Assembly: GCA_019058315.1 (NCBI GenBank)
Contig: JAHPZH010000001.1
Coordinates: 725,069 to 789,068 of the forward strand
Reading direction: 5' to 3'
Length of the DNA stretch: 64,000 nucleotides
Source: Candidatus Helarchaeota archaeon
GTDB lineage: Archaea > Asgardarchaeota > Lokiarchaeia > Helarchaeales > RDOG01
The number at the start of each line of letters is the position of its first letter. Positions within the stretch are counted from its first letter, which is position 1. Of the stretch, positions 9,427 to 20,095 are shown in pieces. The position numbers and the translations under genes were made by a program. The notes under the pieces are model-generated. The model ran no database searches, was not told where the DNA came from, and worked only from the letters and a program-made list of their open reading frames with translations.

Positions 9427-11553
9427 ATGTCATTTAAAAAAAATTTGGAAGATACAAATAAATTATCCAAAAAACAAATGCATAGTAAAGCAGAAATTAA
9501 AGATGCTATGGAGACTTTAAGACAAGAAATAAAAGAAAATGTAAAAACTTTGACTCAGTTTCAAACTGATTTAAAAAAATATTTTCTTCGAAACTTTAGG
9601 GACCATTTATCCACAAAAGATTACATTAATTCTTATTCAGAATTTATTGAAAAAGCTGATTCTACTCTAAGTTATAATATTTCAAAAATATCTGATTTTA
9701 TCCAAGAGGAAAAAAATAAAAGATCAATTTTAAAATATAAGACATTTTGGGCGAAAAATCGGAAAAAAGGTTTGGATATACTTCATATTTACCAAAGTAG
9801 ACTTAATAAACGAATTGAATTTGAAGAATTTATTAATGAAAGGATGTCTGAATTACAAAACTTTACTGATGAATTAAATAATCAAATAATTAATATGATT
9901 AATGAAGATAATTTGAAAGGAGCGGTTCATTTATTAAATGATTCAATTAAGCAATATGATCAAATTGTTTTAAAACATAATGTTGAATTTAAGGAGTTTA
10001 AAAGTGTAATTAATAGGGAAATGGCTGATGCGATTAAATTCTTTATTGATTTAAAAACATCTTGGATTAATAAAAATAATGAAGAAAAGATAAGATGGAG
10101 AAATTTTGTTATAGAAACAAGAAAAAAACTATCAACTACAAAAGAATCTGTATGGAAAGACGAATTGGAAGAAAAAATAGGAACTTATATTGACAATCTA
10201 GACAATTCCATTGATGATATGAAAGAAGAAATATCTAGATCAATGGAAACTGAAGATCCTATTAAACTTGTAATGGATTTAAAAAACCAATGTGCCACAA
10301 TTAATCAATCTATAAATAACTATCATAATGATATTAAAGTTTCTATTAGAAGTTCTATTAAGGACTTTAAAACCTCTCGTGAATCAATAAAAGATCAGAT
10401 TGAACACTGGCAGAATGAAAAGAAAAGAATTACGAATTATCTAAATGAAATTAAAAATGAATTGAAAGATGAAATTGATAATATAGGTATAGATGTTAAA
10501 ACTGAAGAATTACAAAAATTAATTAAAATGCAATTAGATGAATGGAAAAATAAAGTTAAGGAATTTATATCAAATTATAATGACTTTGTTGATACTGGAG
10601 AATCATTAATTAGTTATGAACCTAAATTCGAAGCAGAAAAAACTCAAATTAAAAAATCTTTCAAATCATCAGCATTATTGAAAGCATTTTTAAAAGATAC
10701 ATCCCGTGTTTATTCATCTTTTAATAAAATAGTGGATACTGATATTCAAGCTTATAAAAATTCAAGAAGTGTAATAGAGCATAACTTTGAATTAATAACT
10801 AATAAAATTAAAGAAGAAATTCTCATTCAGAGAATACAAGCGATAGTAAATGTTATAAAAGATAATAAAGTGGGAATAAGTTATTTAGCAAAAGCATTAC
10901 GAGTTGATGCAAAAGCATTAAAAAGAAAAATTATTAGCCTTTTAGCAGAATTCAAATTAATAGGGGAATTAGATCCCGTTTCTGGAATGTTCATTTTAAA
11001 AGAAAAAAAATTGCCTAATAAACTCGAAATCGATGAAGAATTAGAAGAGGAGCAAATTTTAGAAGAAGAAGAGGAAGAAGAAGAGGAAGTAGAAGAAAAA
11101 GTCGAAGAAAAAATAGAAGAAAAAGTAGAAAAAGAAGAAGATCTCATCAAAAAGGACATCTTAAGAATTCGATATCTAATGGCAATACATAAATCAGTAG
11201 GTGCATCTGTATATAATAGAAAACTGGGGGATTGGAAACTTGATCCTGATTTAATAGGTGGCTTTTTAACTGCTATCCAAAGTTTGAGTACGGAAATTAA
11301 GCAAAAAGAAATTCCTATAAAACGAATGGAGTATAAAGAATTTGAAATACTAATTGAACCTGGTGAATATGTTTTTGTCGCTTTATTTATTGATGGAAAG
11401 GAAACCGATTGGATTCGTGAAAAGCTTAAATTATATGTACAGGAATTTGAAAGTACATTTGAAGAAAAATTGAAAAATTGGTTGGGTGAATTGAGTGCTT
11501 TTGAAAAATCAGGACTTTTAGTTGATAAAATATTTGAATTATACCGTGTATGA
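9427..11553 (+). CDS. Coiled-coil / PCI-like / acidic linker / longin domain protein, paralog of the upstream gene
   Basis: ISYLAKAL...LIGELDPVSG; poly-Glu linker; C-terminal 135 aa about 70% identical (hand count) to the upstream protein. Confidence 0.85.
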   Translation: MSFKKNLEDTNKLSKKQMHSKAEIKDAMETLRQEIKENVKTLTQFQTDLKKYFLRNFRDHLSTKDYINSYSEFIEKADSTLSYNISKISDFIQEEKNKRSILKYKTFWAKNRKKGLDILHIYQSRLNKRIEFEEFINERMSELQNFTDELNNQIINMINEDNLKGAVHLLNDSIKQYDQIVLKHNVEFKEFKSVINREMADAIKFFIDLKTSWINKNNEEKIRWRNFVIETRKKLSTTKESVWKDELEEKIGTYIDNLDNSIDDMKEEISRSMETEDPIKLVMDLKNQCATINQSINNYHNDIKVSIRSSIKDFKTSRESIKDQIEHWQNEKKRITNYLNEIKNELKDEIDNIGIDVKTEELQKLIKMQLDEWKNKVKEFISNYNDFVDTGESLISYEPKFEAEKTQIKKSFKSSALLKAFLKDTSRVYSSFNKIVDTDIQAYKNSRSVIEHNFELITNKIKEEILIQRIQAIVNVIKDNKVGISYLAKALRVDAKALKRKIISLLAEFKLIGELDPVSGMFILKEKKLPNKLEIDEELEEEQILEEEEEEEEEVEEKVEEKIEEKVEKEEDLIKKDILRIRYLMAIHKSVGASVYNRKLGDWKLDPDLIGGFLTAIQSLSTEIKQKEIPIKRMEYKEFEILIEPGEYVFVALFIDGKETDWIREKLKLYVQEFESTFEEKLKNWLGELSAFEKSGLLVDKIFELYRV

Positions 11554-11566
11554 GATTTTAAATTCT

Positions 11567-12478
11567 TTAATGATTCTTAATAAATTTATTTAATATTTTT
11601 TTAGTGGGTAATCCTTCTCTTGCTCCAATATGTTGTATTTTAATTGCAGCTGTTGCGTTACCCATTTTTCCACAATTTTCTAAATTTTGATTGTTTAAAA
11701 TACCTGTAATAAATCCTGCTGAAAATGCATCACCTGCACCTGTTGTATCTAATGGTTTAACCTTATAAGGTGGAATTTTAAATTTATTTTTTTTATCTGA
11801 TATGAGAGATCCATTAGATCCGAGAGTTATCGCAGCAATTTTAGGACCAATGTCAAATAGCATCTCTAAGGCATCCTCTAAAGAATGAACCTCCATTATT
11901 TTAATAAGTTCATCTTGTGGAGAAATATAAATGTCTGTTAAAGAAATTAAGTGTTCAATCTCTTTTAATCCTTGATCTGCTATCAAAGCACCGGGATTTA
12001 GACTTACTTGGGTTGGAAAATTTTTAACAATTTCAGCAGCTTTCTCTAATGGGGCGATATTTTTTAAACTTGCTAAATGTATTATTTTCGATGAAATAAT
12101 AATTTCTCTTTTGATATCTTTAGGTTCTAAAATATTTGCTGCTCCGCTAAAAGCATATAATTTACGATCTGCCCCACTTACCGCTGCATAACATACACCT
12201 GTGCCAATCTCATCCGAAAAAACAATACCCTCTATATTAACTTGTTCATTTTTAAAATCTTGAATCAACTTTTCTCCGAAAGCATCTCGACCTAATTTGC
12301 CGATGAATGCGGACTTTAAACCCAATTTAGCACATGCAACCGCAAAATTTGCAGCTGATCCCCCACTTTTTACTTGTAATTTAGGTACATAAACCTCGTC
12401 ATCAATTTCAGGAAAGCGATCTACAACCGCAACCAAATCGACTAATGCTGCACCAATTGCAGTAACATCGATTTTCAT
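11567..12478 (-). CDS. PfkB/ribokinase-family kinase
   Basis: GGSAANFA, DTTGAGDAFSAG; start at the ATGA overlap with the upstream stop. Confidence 0.9.
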   Translation of the reverse strand: MKIDVTAIGAALVDLVAVVDRFPEIDDEVYVPKLQVKSGGSAANFAVACAKLGLKSAFIGKLGRDAFGEKLIQDFKNEQVNIEGIVFSDEIGTGVCYAAVSGADRKLYAFSGAANILEPKDIKREIIISSKIIHLASLKNIAPLEKAAEIVKNFPTQVSLNPGALIADQGLKEIEHLISLTDIYISPQDELIKIMEVHSLEDALEMLFDIGPKIAAITLGSNGSLISDKKNKFKIPPYKVKPLDTTGAGDAFSAGFITGILNNQNLENCGKMGNATAAIKIQHIGAREGLPTKKILNKFIKNH

Positions 12479-13566
12479 CCTAAAGAACCTACCCAACCTC
12501 TAACTTTTTTTCTCATTAATTTCTGAGCTTTAATAATATCTTCTTTTTCTTTCGAAGATAATTTCTCTAAATTATTTATTATTGGCACAAAATTATTTTT
12601 TATGAAATACTCCCTACTATCTGAATCTACTAAATCTTTTGGAATCTTTTTAGGATCGTTTTTAAATTCTGGATATTTTTGTTCCCATTTCTCAATGAAT
12701 TCCCAAATATCTGGATATGCATTAAATATTACTAATATTCCAACTGAATCTGGTGAAGTAACAGCAATATTTGCATAGGGAACGGAATATTCATTACCAT
12801 TCCAAGATATTGCAAAAGCTCCCTCTCTTCCTGCTCGATCAAGCATATTTTTATCCGTTATACTATCCCCAGTAACTATCATCTCTGATATAGGATAATT
12901 AGTTTTTTTCGATATCTCTTCTAATGCCTTTTCTTTGCGCTTTCCTCCTCTCACAATTACTTTATTCATAACTTTTATATAATCACTTTCTTGATTTTTC
13001 CAAAAATAGTTGTTTAAATCATCTATAACTGTCTCAAGTTGAAGATTTTTCTTCAAATATTTGGTAAAAATATCATCAATTAAGTTATTAATACTTTCAT
13101 TAATGTCTTTTATTTGATTTTTTAATTCCTCTACATTCAAATTAGTACAATAAATATGATCTTGCTCAATACCTAATAAATTTCCAATATTATGTGCATG
13201 TTGTGTGTAGCTTGTAGAAATTACATAAACATCCCAGTAATTTTTTTTGATGCTTGATATAGTCTTTTTAATCCCCCGATTTAAACCTGGTCTATTTTTA
13301 GAGATTTCTATTAATTCGTCGTTATTAAAATACCAAATATAAAACGGGGCCAATAATCTTAAAGTGTCGCCCGGTTCATAACTTTCAATACCTAATTCTT
13401 TAACTATTTCTGGATAATCAATTAAATAATCGTCATAATTACTGAGCATATTAAAGAAGTCGCCTAATCTCTCCCTCTTTAGTTTAGGTTCTAATAATTT
13501 ACAAATTTCAGCTGCAAAATCGACATGACTTAAGGGACCTTCAAGATCCCATGCACATACTTTCAA
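12475..13566 (-). CDS. HAD-superfamily phosphohydrolase, EhaR-like
   Basis: WDLEGPLS motif I, YEPGDTLRL, ISTSY, GDSITD, WNGNEY. Confidence 0.75.
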   Translation of the reverse strand: MKVCAWDLEGPLSHVDFAAEICKLLEPKLKRERLGDFFNMLSNYDDYLIDYPEIVKELGIESYEPGDTLRLLAPFYIWYFNNDELIEISKNRPGLNRGIKKTISSIKKNYWDVYVISTSYTQHAHNIGNLLGIEQDHIYCTNLNVEELKNQIKDINESINNLIDDIFTKYLKKNLQLETVIDDLNNYFWKNQESDYIKVMNKVIVRGGKRKEKALEEISKKTNYPISEMIVTGDSITDKNMLDRAGREGAFAISWNGNEYSVPYANIAVTSPDSVGILVIFNAYPDIWEFIEKWEQKYPEFKNDPKKIPKDLVDSDSREYFIKNNFVPIINNLEKLSSKEKEDIIKAQKLMRKKVRGWVGSLG

Positions 13567-13588
13567 TTTTTATTTTTCTCCATAAATC

Positions 13589-14770
13589 TTATTCTTCTTT
13601 TCTAGGAGGTATTTTAAAAACTTTTCTTAAATACTTCAAATACTCCTTATCCTTGCACATTTGCTTACCAGGACTATCGGATATTTTTGCCACAGGAAAT
13701 CCATTGCATTGGGTCATTTTGATTACAATTTGTAAAGCTTTAGGACCCAAATCATTTGTTAAATTCGTTCCTATCCCAAATGAAATTCTTATTTTTCCAT
13801 TATATTTTTCAGCTATCTTTATTGCTTTAGGAACTGTTAATCCATCACTAAAGACTGCCATTTTGGTTTTTGCGTCAATTCCAAGACGCGCATAAAGCTT
13901 TATTAATTTTTCACACCACTCATAAGGGTCTCCGCTATCATGTCGACATCCGTCATATAATTTTGCAAAATAAGAATCGAAATCTCTGAAAAAAGCGTCC
14001 ATGCCTAATGTATCAGATAGAGCAATTCCCAATTCGCCTCTATATTCATCAGCCCAACTCTGTAATGCAAATTTTTGGCTATCTATCAACCGTGGACCTA
14101 AGGCTTGAGCAGCTTGTAAAAATTCATGCGCCATCGTTCCAATTGGTCGTAAATTAAATTTTTTAGCAAAATAAACATTACTAGTTCCTACAAATTTATC
14201 TGAAGGTAGTTCCTTACTCAATTTGTCAATTAAATGTTCATGCCATTCCCTTGAAAATCGTCTCCTAGTGCCGAATTCGATTAATTTAAACTCATAATCA
14301 GTTATATCTTGAATTAATTTAATTTTAGTATTAATTCTTTTGTCTCCCTCTTGCCATAATTTTTTCTTATCATGTTTTTGGTTTCTAAAATAGGTTTCAT
14401 TTACAATGGCAAGGATAGGAACTTCGAAATAAATCGTAGTCAACCAAGGTCCAAATATTTTCAATTCAAAACCATTTTTTGTATCAATTTGAACTTCAGA
14501 ACGGTTAAGTTGTAAAAGTCTTAAGAATTCTAAATATGTATCTTTAAAATATCCTAATTTTTTTAAATAATCGAGTTCATCTGCATTTAGTCTTAATTTA
14601 CATAAATTGTCGATTTCTTTTGATATTTCATCAGAATATGGAGTTAAATCAATACCTTTGGTTCGATTTTTAAAAGTATATTCTACAATAGCTTGAGGAA
14701 ATTGGTGAAAGACCACTTGACCCATCGTTAATTTGTATAAATCTGTATCTAACAAGCTTTCTATTATCAA
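13589..14770 (-). CDS. pncB: Nicotinate phosphoribosyltransferase, bacterial type
   Basis: SLLDTDLYKLTM, EFGTRRRFS, GTMAHE, RHDSGDP, FGIGTNLT, AKISD. Confidence 0.95.
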   Translation of the reverse strand: MIIESLLDTDLYKLTMGQVVFHQFPQAIVEYTFKNRTKGIDLTPYSDEISKEIDNLCKLRLNADELDYLKKLGYFKDTYLEFLRLLQLNRSEVQIDTKNGFELKIFGPWLTTIYFEVPILAIVNETYFRNQKHDKKKLWQEGDKRINTKIKLIQDITDYEFKLIEFGTRRRFSREWHEHLIDKLSKELPSDKFVGTSNVYFAKKFNLRPIGTMAHEFLQAAQALGPRLIDSQKFALQSWADEYRGELGIALSDTLGMDAFFRDFDSYFAKLYDGCRHDSGDPYEWCEKLIKLYARLGIDAKTKMAVFSDGLTVPKAIKIAEKYNGKIRISFGIGTNLTNDLGPKALQIVIKMTQCNGFPVAKISDSPGKQMCKDKEYLKYLRKVFKIPPRKEE

Positions 14771-14795
14771 TTCTTAATCCTCTAATGAAAAAGTA

Positions 14796-16133
14796 TTATT
14801 TACCAAGAACTTTTTTCATATGAGCAATTCGTAAATTCAATAAATCTAAGGTTCCAACATCACTTCTATGATACAATTCTCCTTTTATGTATTTAATTGA
14901 TTTTTCGGCAATACGTTCAGCGATTTCAATTTTATCAGCTATACCAAGAACTCCGATGCTTCTAGATTTAGTCGTTGTTATTTTCCCATTCTCCTTATTA
15001 ACGGAGGCATAATATAGTCTTGCACCTTCTTTTTGTACTGCTTTTTCATCAACAATAACTTCTGTTGGTTTAGCATCAACTGGATAACCTTTGGGTGCTA
15101 GATATTTACAGACTGTAGCTTTATTTTCAAATTTTATCTTTAATGTATTTAATTTTCCATCAATAATCCTTTCACAAATCTCCACAAAATCATTCTTTAG
15201 TATCGGTAGCACATTCATAGCTTCTGGATCTCCAAATCGAACATTATATTCAACTAATTTAGGTCCATCTCGAGTTAACATAAATTGACCATATAATATT
15301 CCTTTATATTCTTGACCAGTTTCTTTTTTAACACAATCTACTGTTTTTTCCATTATTTGAATTGATTCTTTAATGGTTTTATCATCCACAAATGGTAATT
15401 TATGATCGGAGCAAGAATATGAACCCATACCTCCAGTATTGGGACCTTCATCACCATTTAGTAGTCTTTTATGATCTTGAACAAGCGGAGAACCTACTAA
15501 ATGTGAGCCAGTGCCATCAATAAAAGCTTGAAGTGTAAATTCTTCACCTATCAATTTTTCTTCCATTATTACTCTACTGCCACTTTTTATCAATTCTTGA
15601 CAATAATCAAGAACTTCTTTATCATTCATTAAATGGTCTCCTGTAACCTTAACTCCCTTTCCACCAGTTAGACCATCAGGTTTAACAGCAACTTCATTAT
15701 TTTGATTTAGAAATTTCTTTATCTCTTCCATATCTGAAGAAATAATATGCTCAGGATTACCCGGAATTTTATATTTTGTCATTAAATCTCTACAAAAAGC
15801 TTTACTAATTTCTAATTTTGCTGGTTCTTTTTTAGGACCGACAGAAGGAACTCCCAATTTTACCAATTCATCCGCAATACCATCTCCTAGTGGTGATTCC
15901 GGACCTATAACTGCAAAATTTAGATTTAAACCTTGCACAAATTTTTGTAATTTTTCAAAATCATTTAATTTACCCAGTAGTATTTTAGCACTAAGGGCAT
16001 CAATGCCAGGATTTTTTGAACTCATAAAACTAAATAACTCTATATCACTTTTTTTCAAGGATTCAGCTATAACATGTTCTCTAGCTCCATGTCCTACAAG
16101 AAGAATTCGAGTTTTATCACCCATTTTTGTCAC
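14796..16133 (-). CDS. purD: Phosphoribosylamine-glycine ligase
   Basis: GxGAREH, GPESPL, GKGV, QDHKR...GPNTGGMG, EYNVRFGDPE. Confidence 0.97.
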   Translation of the reverse strand: MTKMGDKTRILLVGHGAREHVIAESLKKSDIELFSFMSSKNPGIDALSAKILLGKLNDFEKLQKFVQGLNLNFAVIGPESPLGDGIADELVKLGVPSVGPKKEPAKLEISKAFCRDLMTKYKIPGNPEHIISSDMEEIKKFLNQNNEVAVKPDGLTGGKGVKVTGDHLMNDKEVLDYCQELIKSGSRVIMEEKLIGEEFTLQAFIDGTGSHLVGSPLVQDHKRLLNGDEGPNTGGMGSYSCSDHKLPFVDDKTIKESIQIMEKTVDCVKKETGQEYKGILYGQFMLTRDGPKLVEYNVRFGDPEAMNVLPILKNDFVEICERIIDGKLNTLKIKFENKATVCKYLAPKGYPVDAKPTEVIVDEKAVQKEGARLYYASVNKENGKITTTKSRSIGVLGIADKIEIAERIAEKSIKYIKGELYHRSDVGTLDLLNLRIAHMKKVLGK

Positions 16134-16356
16134 CTTTTTTTAAAAAAGTTCATTTAAAAGTTTAAATTAATTTAAATAATCCAAAATATTAATTTTTGTT
16201 TCGTAACTCATTTATTTAATCAAAAATTTCTTTCAATTAATGAATTATAAATAAGTAAAATAATCAATTAGATAAAATCCCTAAAATTTGCATTGAATAT
16301 TTTGAAATTTTAAAATATTTTTAAAAAATATCAAGTAAATTGAATAAATAATGTAA

Positions 16357-17814
16357 TTAAATGAGTGCGTGTTGATTGTGTAACTCTTTTTCTAACTCTT
16401 TTAAGTCAATTGAACCTCTTAACTTATATTTCCCCGTTAAACAAGCAGTACATAATTCTGCTTCGGGTAAATCAAGTGCTTCTAATAGTCCATTAAGGGT
16501 TTGATATTGCAAAGTATCTGCATCAATAAATTTCCTAATTTCTTCAATAGTCTTTGAAGGTGCTATTAATTCAGAAGTAGTAGGAAAATCTATACCCATA
16601 TAACAAGAATTAATTATAGGTGGGCATGAAATCCGAACGTGAACTTTATTTGCACCAAAATTCTTTAACATTCTAACAATTCTTTTAGTAGTGGTTCCTC
16701 TAACAATGGAATCATCAACTAATATGAGATCTTTTCCTTCTATTAAGCTTTTAATGGGATTTAATTTATATCTAACAGCGAGATCTCTATAATTCTGTCC
16801 TGGCATAATAAATGTTCTGTGAATATAACGATTTTTAATTAGTCCCTCTCTAAGAGGAATTCCCGACTCAAGAGAAAATCCCGAAGCTGCAGTACGTCCA
16901 GAGTCTGGAACCGGCACCACAACATCTGCATCAACTGGAAAATCTCTTGCTAGAATCTTTCCTAATTTTTCTCTTACTTCATAAACCGTTTTACCATAAA
17001 ATATTGAATCTGGTCTTGCGAAATAAACGAATTCAAACATACAAAATGCATGAGTTGGTAGTTTATACACTTGTTTTGATGAAATTCCTGTATCATCAAT
17101 TTTTATTATTTCTCCAGGTTCAAGATTTCTAATAAAATCACCTTCTAAAGTATCAATTGCTATACTTTCAGATGCTATTACTTCTAAATCCTGATCTGGA
17201 ACTCTACCTAAAGCTAATGGTTTGAATCCTAATGGATCCCTAAGTCCATATAATTCTTTTTTTTCATTTAGTATAACTAAAGAGTAAGAACCATCCAACT
17301 CTTGCATTGATAATTCTAATGCTTTAAGGAAATCATTATTGGTTTCTAATAAATTTTTTGCGATAATATGTGCAATTACTTCTGTATCGGTAGAAGTTGA
17401 AAAAACATGACCCTTTTCTCGATATTTCTTCTTTAATCGAATAAAATTAGTAAGAGTACCATTAAATGCTAAACAAAAACTATTTCCATTTGAATGTGAT
17501 TCAAATAAAAAGGGTTGTGCACAATCTAAAGAACTAGCTCCCACTGTTCCATACCTAACATGTCCAATAGCGACCGAACCAAACAAACCCATTAAAATTC
17601 TCTCAGAAAAAACTTGATTTACTAATCCTATTTCTTTATAACCAGTGATCCTATTTGCTACATTAGTAAATATTCCTGCAGATTCTTGTCCTCTATGTTG
17701 AAGGGCTAATAATCCATCATAAACCTGCTTTGATACATGATGACTTGGGATATTTGAATAAATCCCAATAACTCCACAGGATTCTCGAGGTTTATCAAAA
17801 TAGGTTCCTTTCAA
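16357..17814 (-). CDS. purF: Amidophosphoribosyltransferase (propeptide and Fe-S type)
   Basis: ESCGVIG, LQHRGQESAG, GHVRY, DDSIVRGTT, CMFE/CYMGID/CTAC cysteines. Confidence 0.97.
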   Translation of the reverse strand: MKGTYFDKPRESCGVIGIYSNIPSHHVSKQVYDGLLALQHRGQESAGIFTNVANRITGYKEIGLVNQVFSERILMGLFGSVAIGHVRYGTVGASSLDCAQPFLFESHSNGNSFCLAFNGTLTNFIRLKKKYREKGHVFSTSTDTEVIAHIIAKNLLETNNDFLKALELSMQELDGSYSLVILNEKKELYGLRDPLGFKPLALGRVPDQDLEVIASESIAIDTLEGDFIRNLEPGEIIKIDDTGISSKQVYKLPTHAFCMFEFVYFARPDSIFYGKTVYEVREKLGKILARDFPVDADVVVPVPDSGRTAASGFSLESGIPLREGLIKNRYIHRTFIMPGQNYRDLAVRYKLNPIKSLIEGKDLILVDDSIVRGTTTKRIVRMLKNFGANKVHVRISCPPIINSCYMGIDFPTTSELIAPSKTIEEIRKFIDADTLQYQTLNGLLEALDLPEAELCTACLTGKYKLRGSIDLKELEKELHNQHALI

Positions 17815-17816
17815 AA

Positions 17817-20039
17817 TTATTCAACCCCCATAAGGTTTGGAATTGTTTTGATCCATTTTTTAATCATTATATCTAAATTTAATACAATTTTATCTTGATC
17901 TGATTTAAAAATTAAGCTATTATTGTTAGTTACCTTACCAATCACATTAGAGACAACTTTATTTTCATTAAAAATTTTCAGAACTTTATCTAGATTTTCT
18001 GGTTTTAAAGTTAGAATAAACCTTCCTTGTGATTCTGAAAATAATAATTCATCCAATCCTAGATTTGAAGCTGGAACGTCATTTAAATTGATTTCAGCGC
18101 CATAGTTTCCTTTAATTGACATTTCAGCTATTGTGATTGCTAAACCACCTTTAGAACAATCATGGGCGGCTGTAATAAGGTCCTCAGATATAGCTTTCAA
18201 AACTACATTTAACACTTTTTTTTCATTCTCTATATTTATTTTAGGCGCAATGCCCCCACTAATTCCGTGAATAAAATAATAATATTCTGATCCTCCTAAT
18301 TCATCAAATGTTTCCCCTACAATTAAAATAATATCATTAGCATTCTTAAGAGCAAGAGTTGTATGATTATCTAAATTCTCCATTAATCCTGCAATAACTA
18401 TAACAGGTGAAGGTTTTACAGCAGTATTTGTAACTTTATCTTCATTATAAAAACTTACATTTCCTCCAATACAAGGTATATTCAATCCTTTGCACATATC
18501 AGTCATACCACGTACTGTTTCTTTGAATGTCCAAAATACTTCGGGTTTTTCTGGATCTCCAAAATTTAAACAATTAACCATAGCAATTGGTTCTGCACCC
18601 ACTGCTACAACGTTTCGACAAGCTTCAGCAAATTGTCCTGCAGCCCCATTATAAGGATCAAGGTAACAATGTTTTGAATTCCCATCAGATGCTATTGCAA
18701 TTGCCTTATTAGTGTTTAATATCCTTAATACTGCAGCATCACCTTGTCCAGGTTTAACTACTGATCGATCTCCTACTTCATGATCATATTGCTGATAAAC
18801 CCATTCCTTACTCGCAATGTTTGGTGAACTTAATAATTGATAAATTGTTTCTGCAAGATCCTCTGGAATCGAAGGTTTTTCAATTTTCTTTAATTCTTCA
18901 ATATATTTTGGTTTTTTCGCTTCTCGATCCACTGTTGGAGAATCTGCTAATAATGTTGCTGGAACACGACCAATTATATTCCCCTCTTTTTTGACTATTA
19001 CTTCATCCCCTTTAACAACTCTTCCAACTATGGCATATGGTAAATCATATTTTTCAAAAATCTTGATAATATCTTCAACATGTTCAGGTGAAACAACAAA
19101 CATCATTCTTTCTTGTGATTCTGATAGCATAATTTCATAAGGAATCATTTTGGGTTCTCTAAGGAAAATTTTATCAATATCAACTTCAACAGCGGTACCT
19201 CCACCTTCTGCAAGTTCAGAAGTAACGCAAGTCAATCCACCGCCACCTAAATCTTTAAGTCCATTAACAAATCCTGTGCTTAGAGCCTCCAAAGTTGCAT
19301 CTATGATTAATTTTTTAGTGAATGGATCACCAATTTGAACCGCTGGTCTGTCCTCTTCTGATTCTTCAGTTAATAAACGAGAAGCAAATGTCACTCCACC
19401 TAATCCATCACGTCCTGTAGATCCTCCCATTAAAATAAGAATATCTCCGGGGTTAGATGCTAGACTTGGAGAAATTTCTTCTTTTTTTGCTATACCAAGA
19501 CAACCAACATTCACTAAACAATTTGCTTCAAAACTTTCATCGAATTCTACTTCACCACCGATAGTAGGAACTCCAATACAATTTCCATAATCTGCTATAC
19601 CTTTCACTACATATTGAAAAAGCCATCTAGAATGAGCACTGTTAATATTTCCAAAGCGAAGAGGATCTAGTAATCCAATTGGTCTTGCACCCATACATAA
19701 AATATCCCGGATAATCCCCCCAATTCCAGTTGCTGCTCCGTTATATGGTTCAATTGCTGATGGATGATTATGAGATTCTATTTTAAAAACCAAAGCTAAA
19801 TCGTCTCCTATATCTACTACACCTGCGTCTTGACCCGGACCAACCAAAACTCGAGGTCCAGTTGTAGGAAGCATTTTTAAAATTGGACGCGAACTTTTAT
19901 AGGAGCAATGCTCTGACCACATCACGTCGATCATGCCGATTTCTGTCATATTCGGAGTTCTCTTCATCATCTTCTTAATCATATCAACCTCAGCGGGTTT
20001 TAAATCGACGTTAACTCCGCTAACCATCAATATATTCAC
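17817..20039 (-). CDS. purL: Phosphoribosylformylglycinamidine synthase subunit PurL
   Basis: MWSEHCSYKSS, ESHNHPS, SESQERM, GGNVSFYN. Confidence 0.97.
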   Translation of the reverse strand: MNILMVSGVNVDLKPAEVDMIKKMMKRTPNMTEIGMIDVMWSEHCSYKSSRPILKMLPTTGPRVLVGPGQDAGVVDIGDDLALVFKIESHNHPSAIEPYNGAATGIGGIIRDILCMGARPIGLLDPLRFGNINSAHSRWLFQYVVKGIADYGNCIGVPTIGGEVEFDESFEANCLVNVGCLGIAKKEEISPSLASNPGDILILMGGSTGRDGLGGVTFASRLLTEESEEDRPAVQIGDPFTKKLIIDATLEALSTGFVNGLKDLGGGGLTCVTSELAEGGGTAVEVDIDKIFLREPKMIPYEIMLSESQERMMFVVSPEHVEDIIKIFEKYDLPYAIVGRVVKGDEVIVKKEGNIIGRVPATLLADSPTVDREAKKPKYIEELKKIEKPSIPEDLAETIYQLLSSPNIASKEWVYQQYDHEVGDRSVVKPGQGDAAVLRILNTNKAIAIASDGNSKHCYLDPYNGAAGQFAEACRNVVAVGAEPIAMVNCLNFGDPEKPEVFWTFKETVRGMTDMCKGLNIPCIGGNVSFYNEDKVTNTAVKPSPVIVIAGLMENLDNHTTLALKNANDIILIVGETFDELGGSEYYYFIHGISGGIAPKINIENEKKVLNVVLKAISEDLITAAHDCSKGGLAITIAEMSIKGNYGAEINLNDVPASNLGLDELLFSESQGRFILTLKPENLDKVLKIFNENKVVSNVIGKVTNNNSLIFKSDQDKIVLNLDIMIKKWIKTIPNLMGVE

Positions 20040-20095
20040 TATCCAAATATTTGGATTTTACACAAGTACTTAAATTTTATAAGTTATAAAAGTAC

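Noticed and set aside
7042-11159. Antisense ORFs rich in S/F/L (7042, 7618, 9097, 10881)
   Set aside because: Reverse-complement shadows of Glu/Lys-rich coiled-coil coding sequence.
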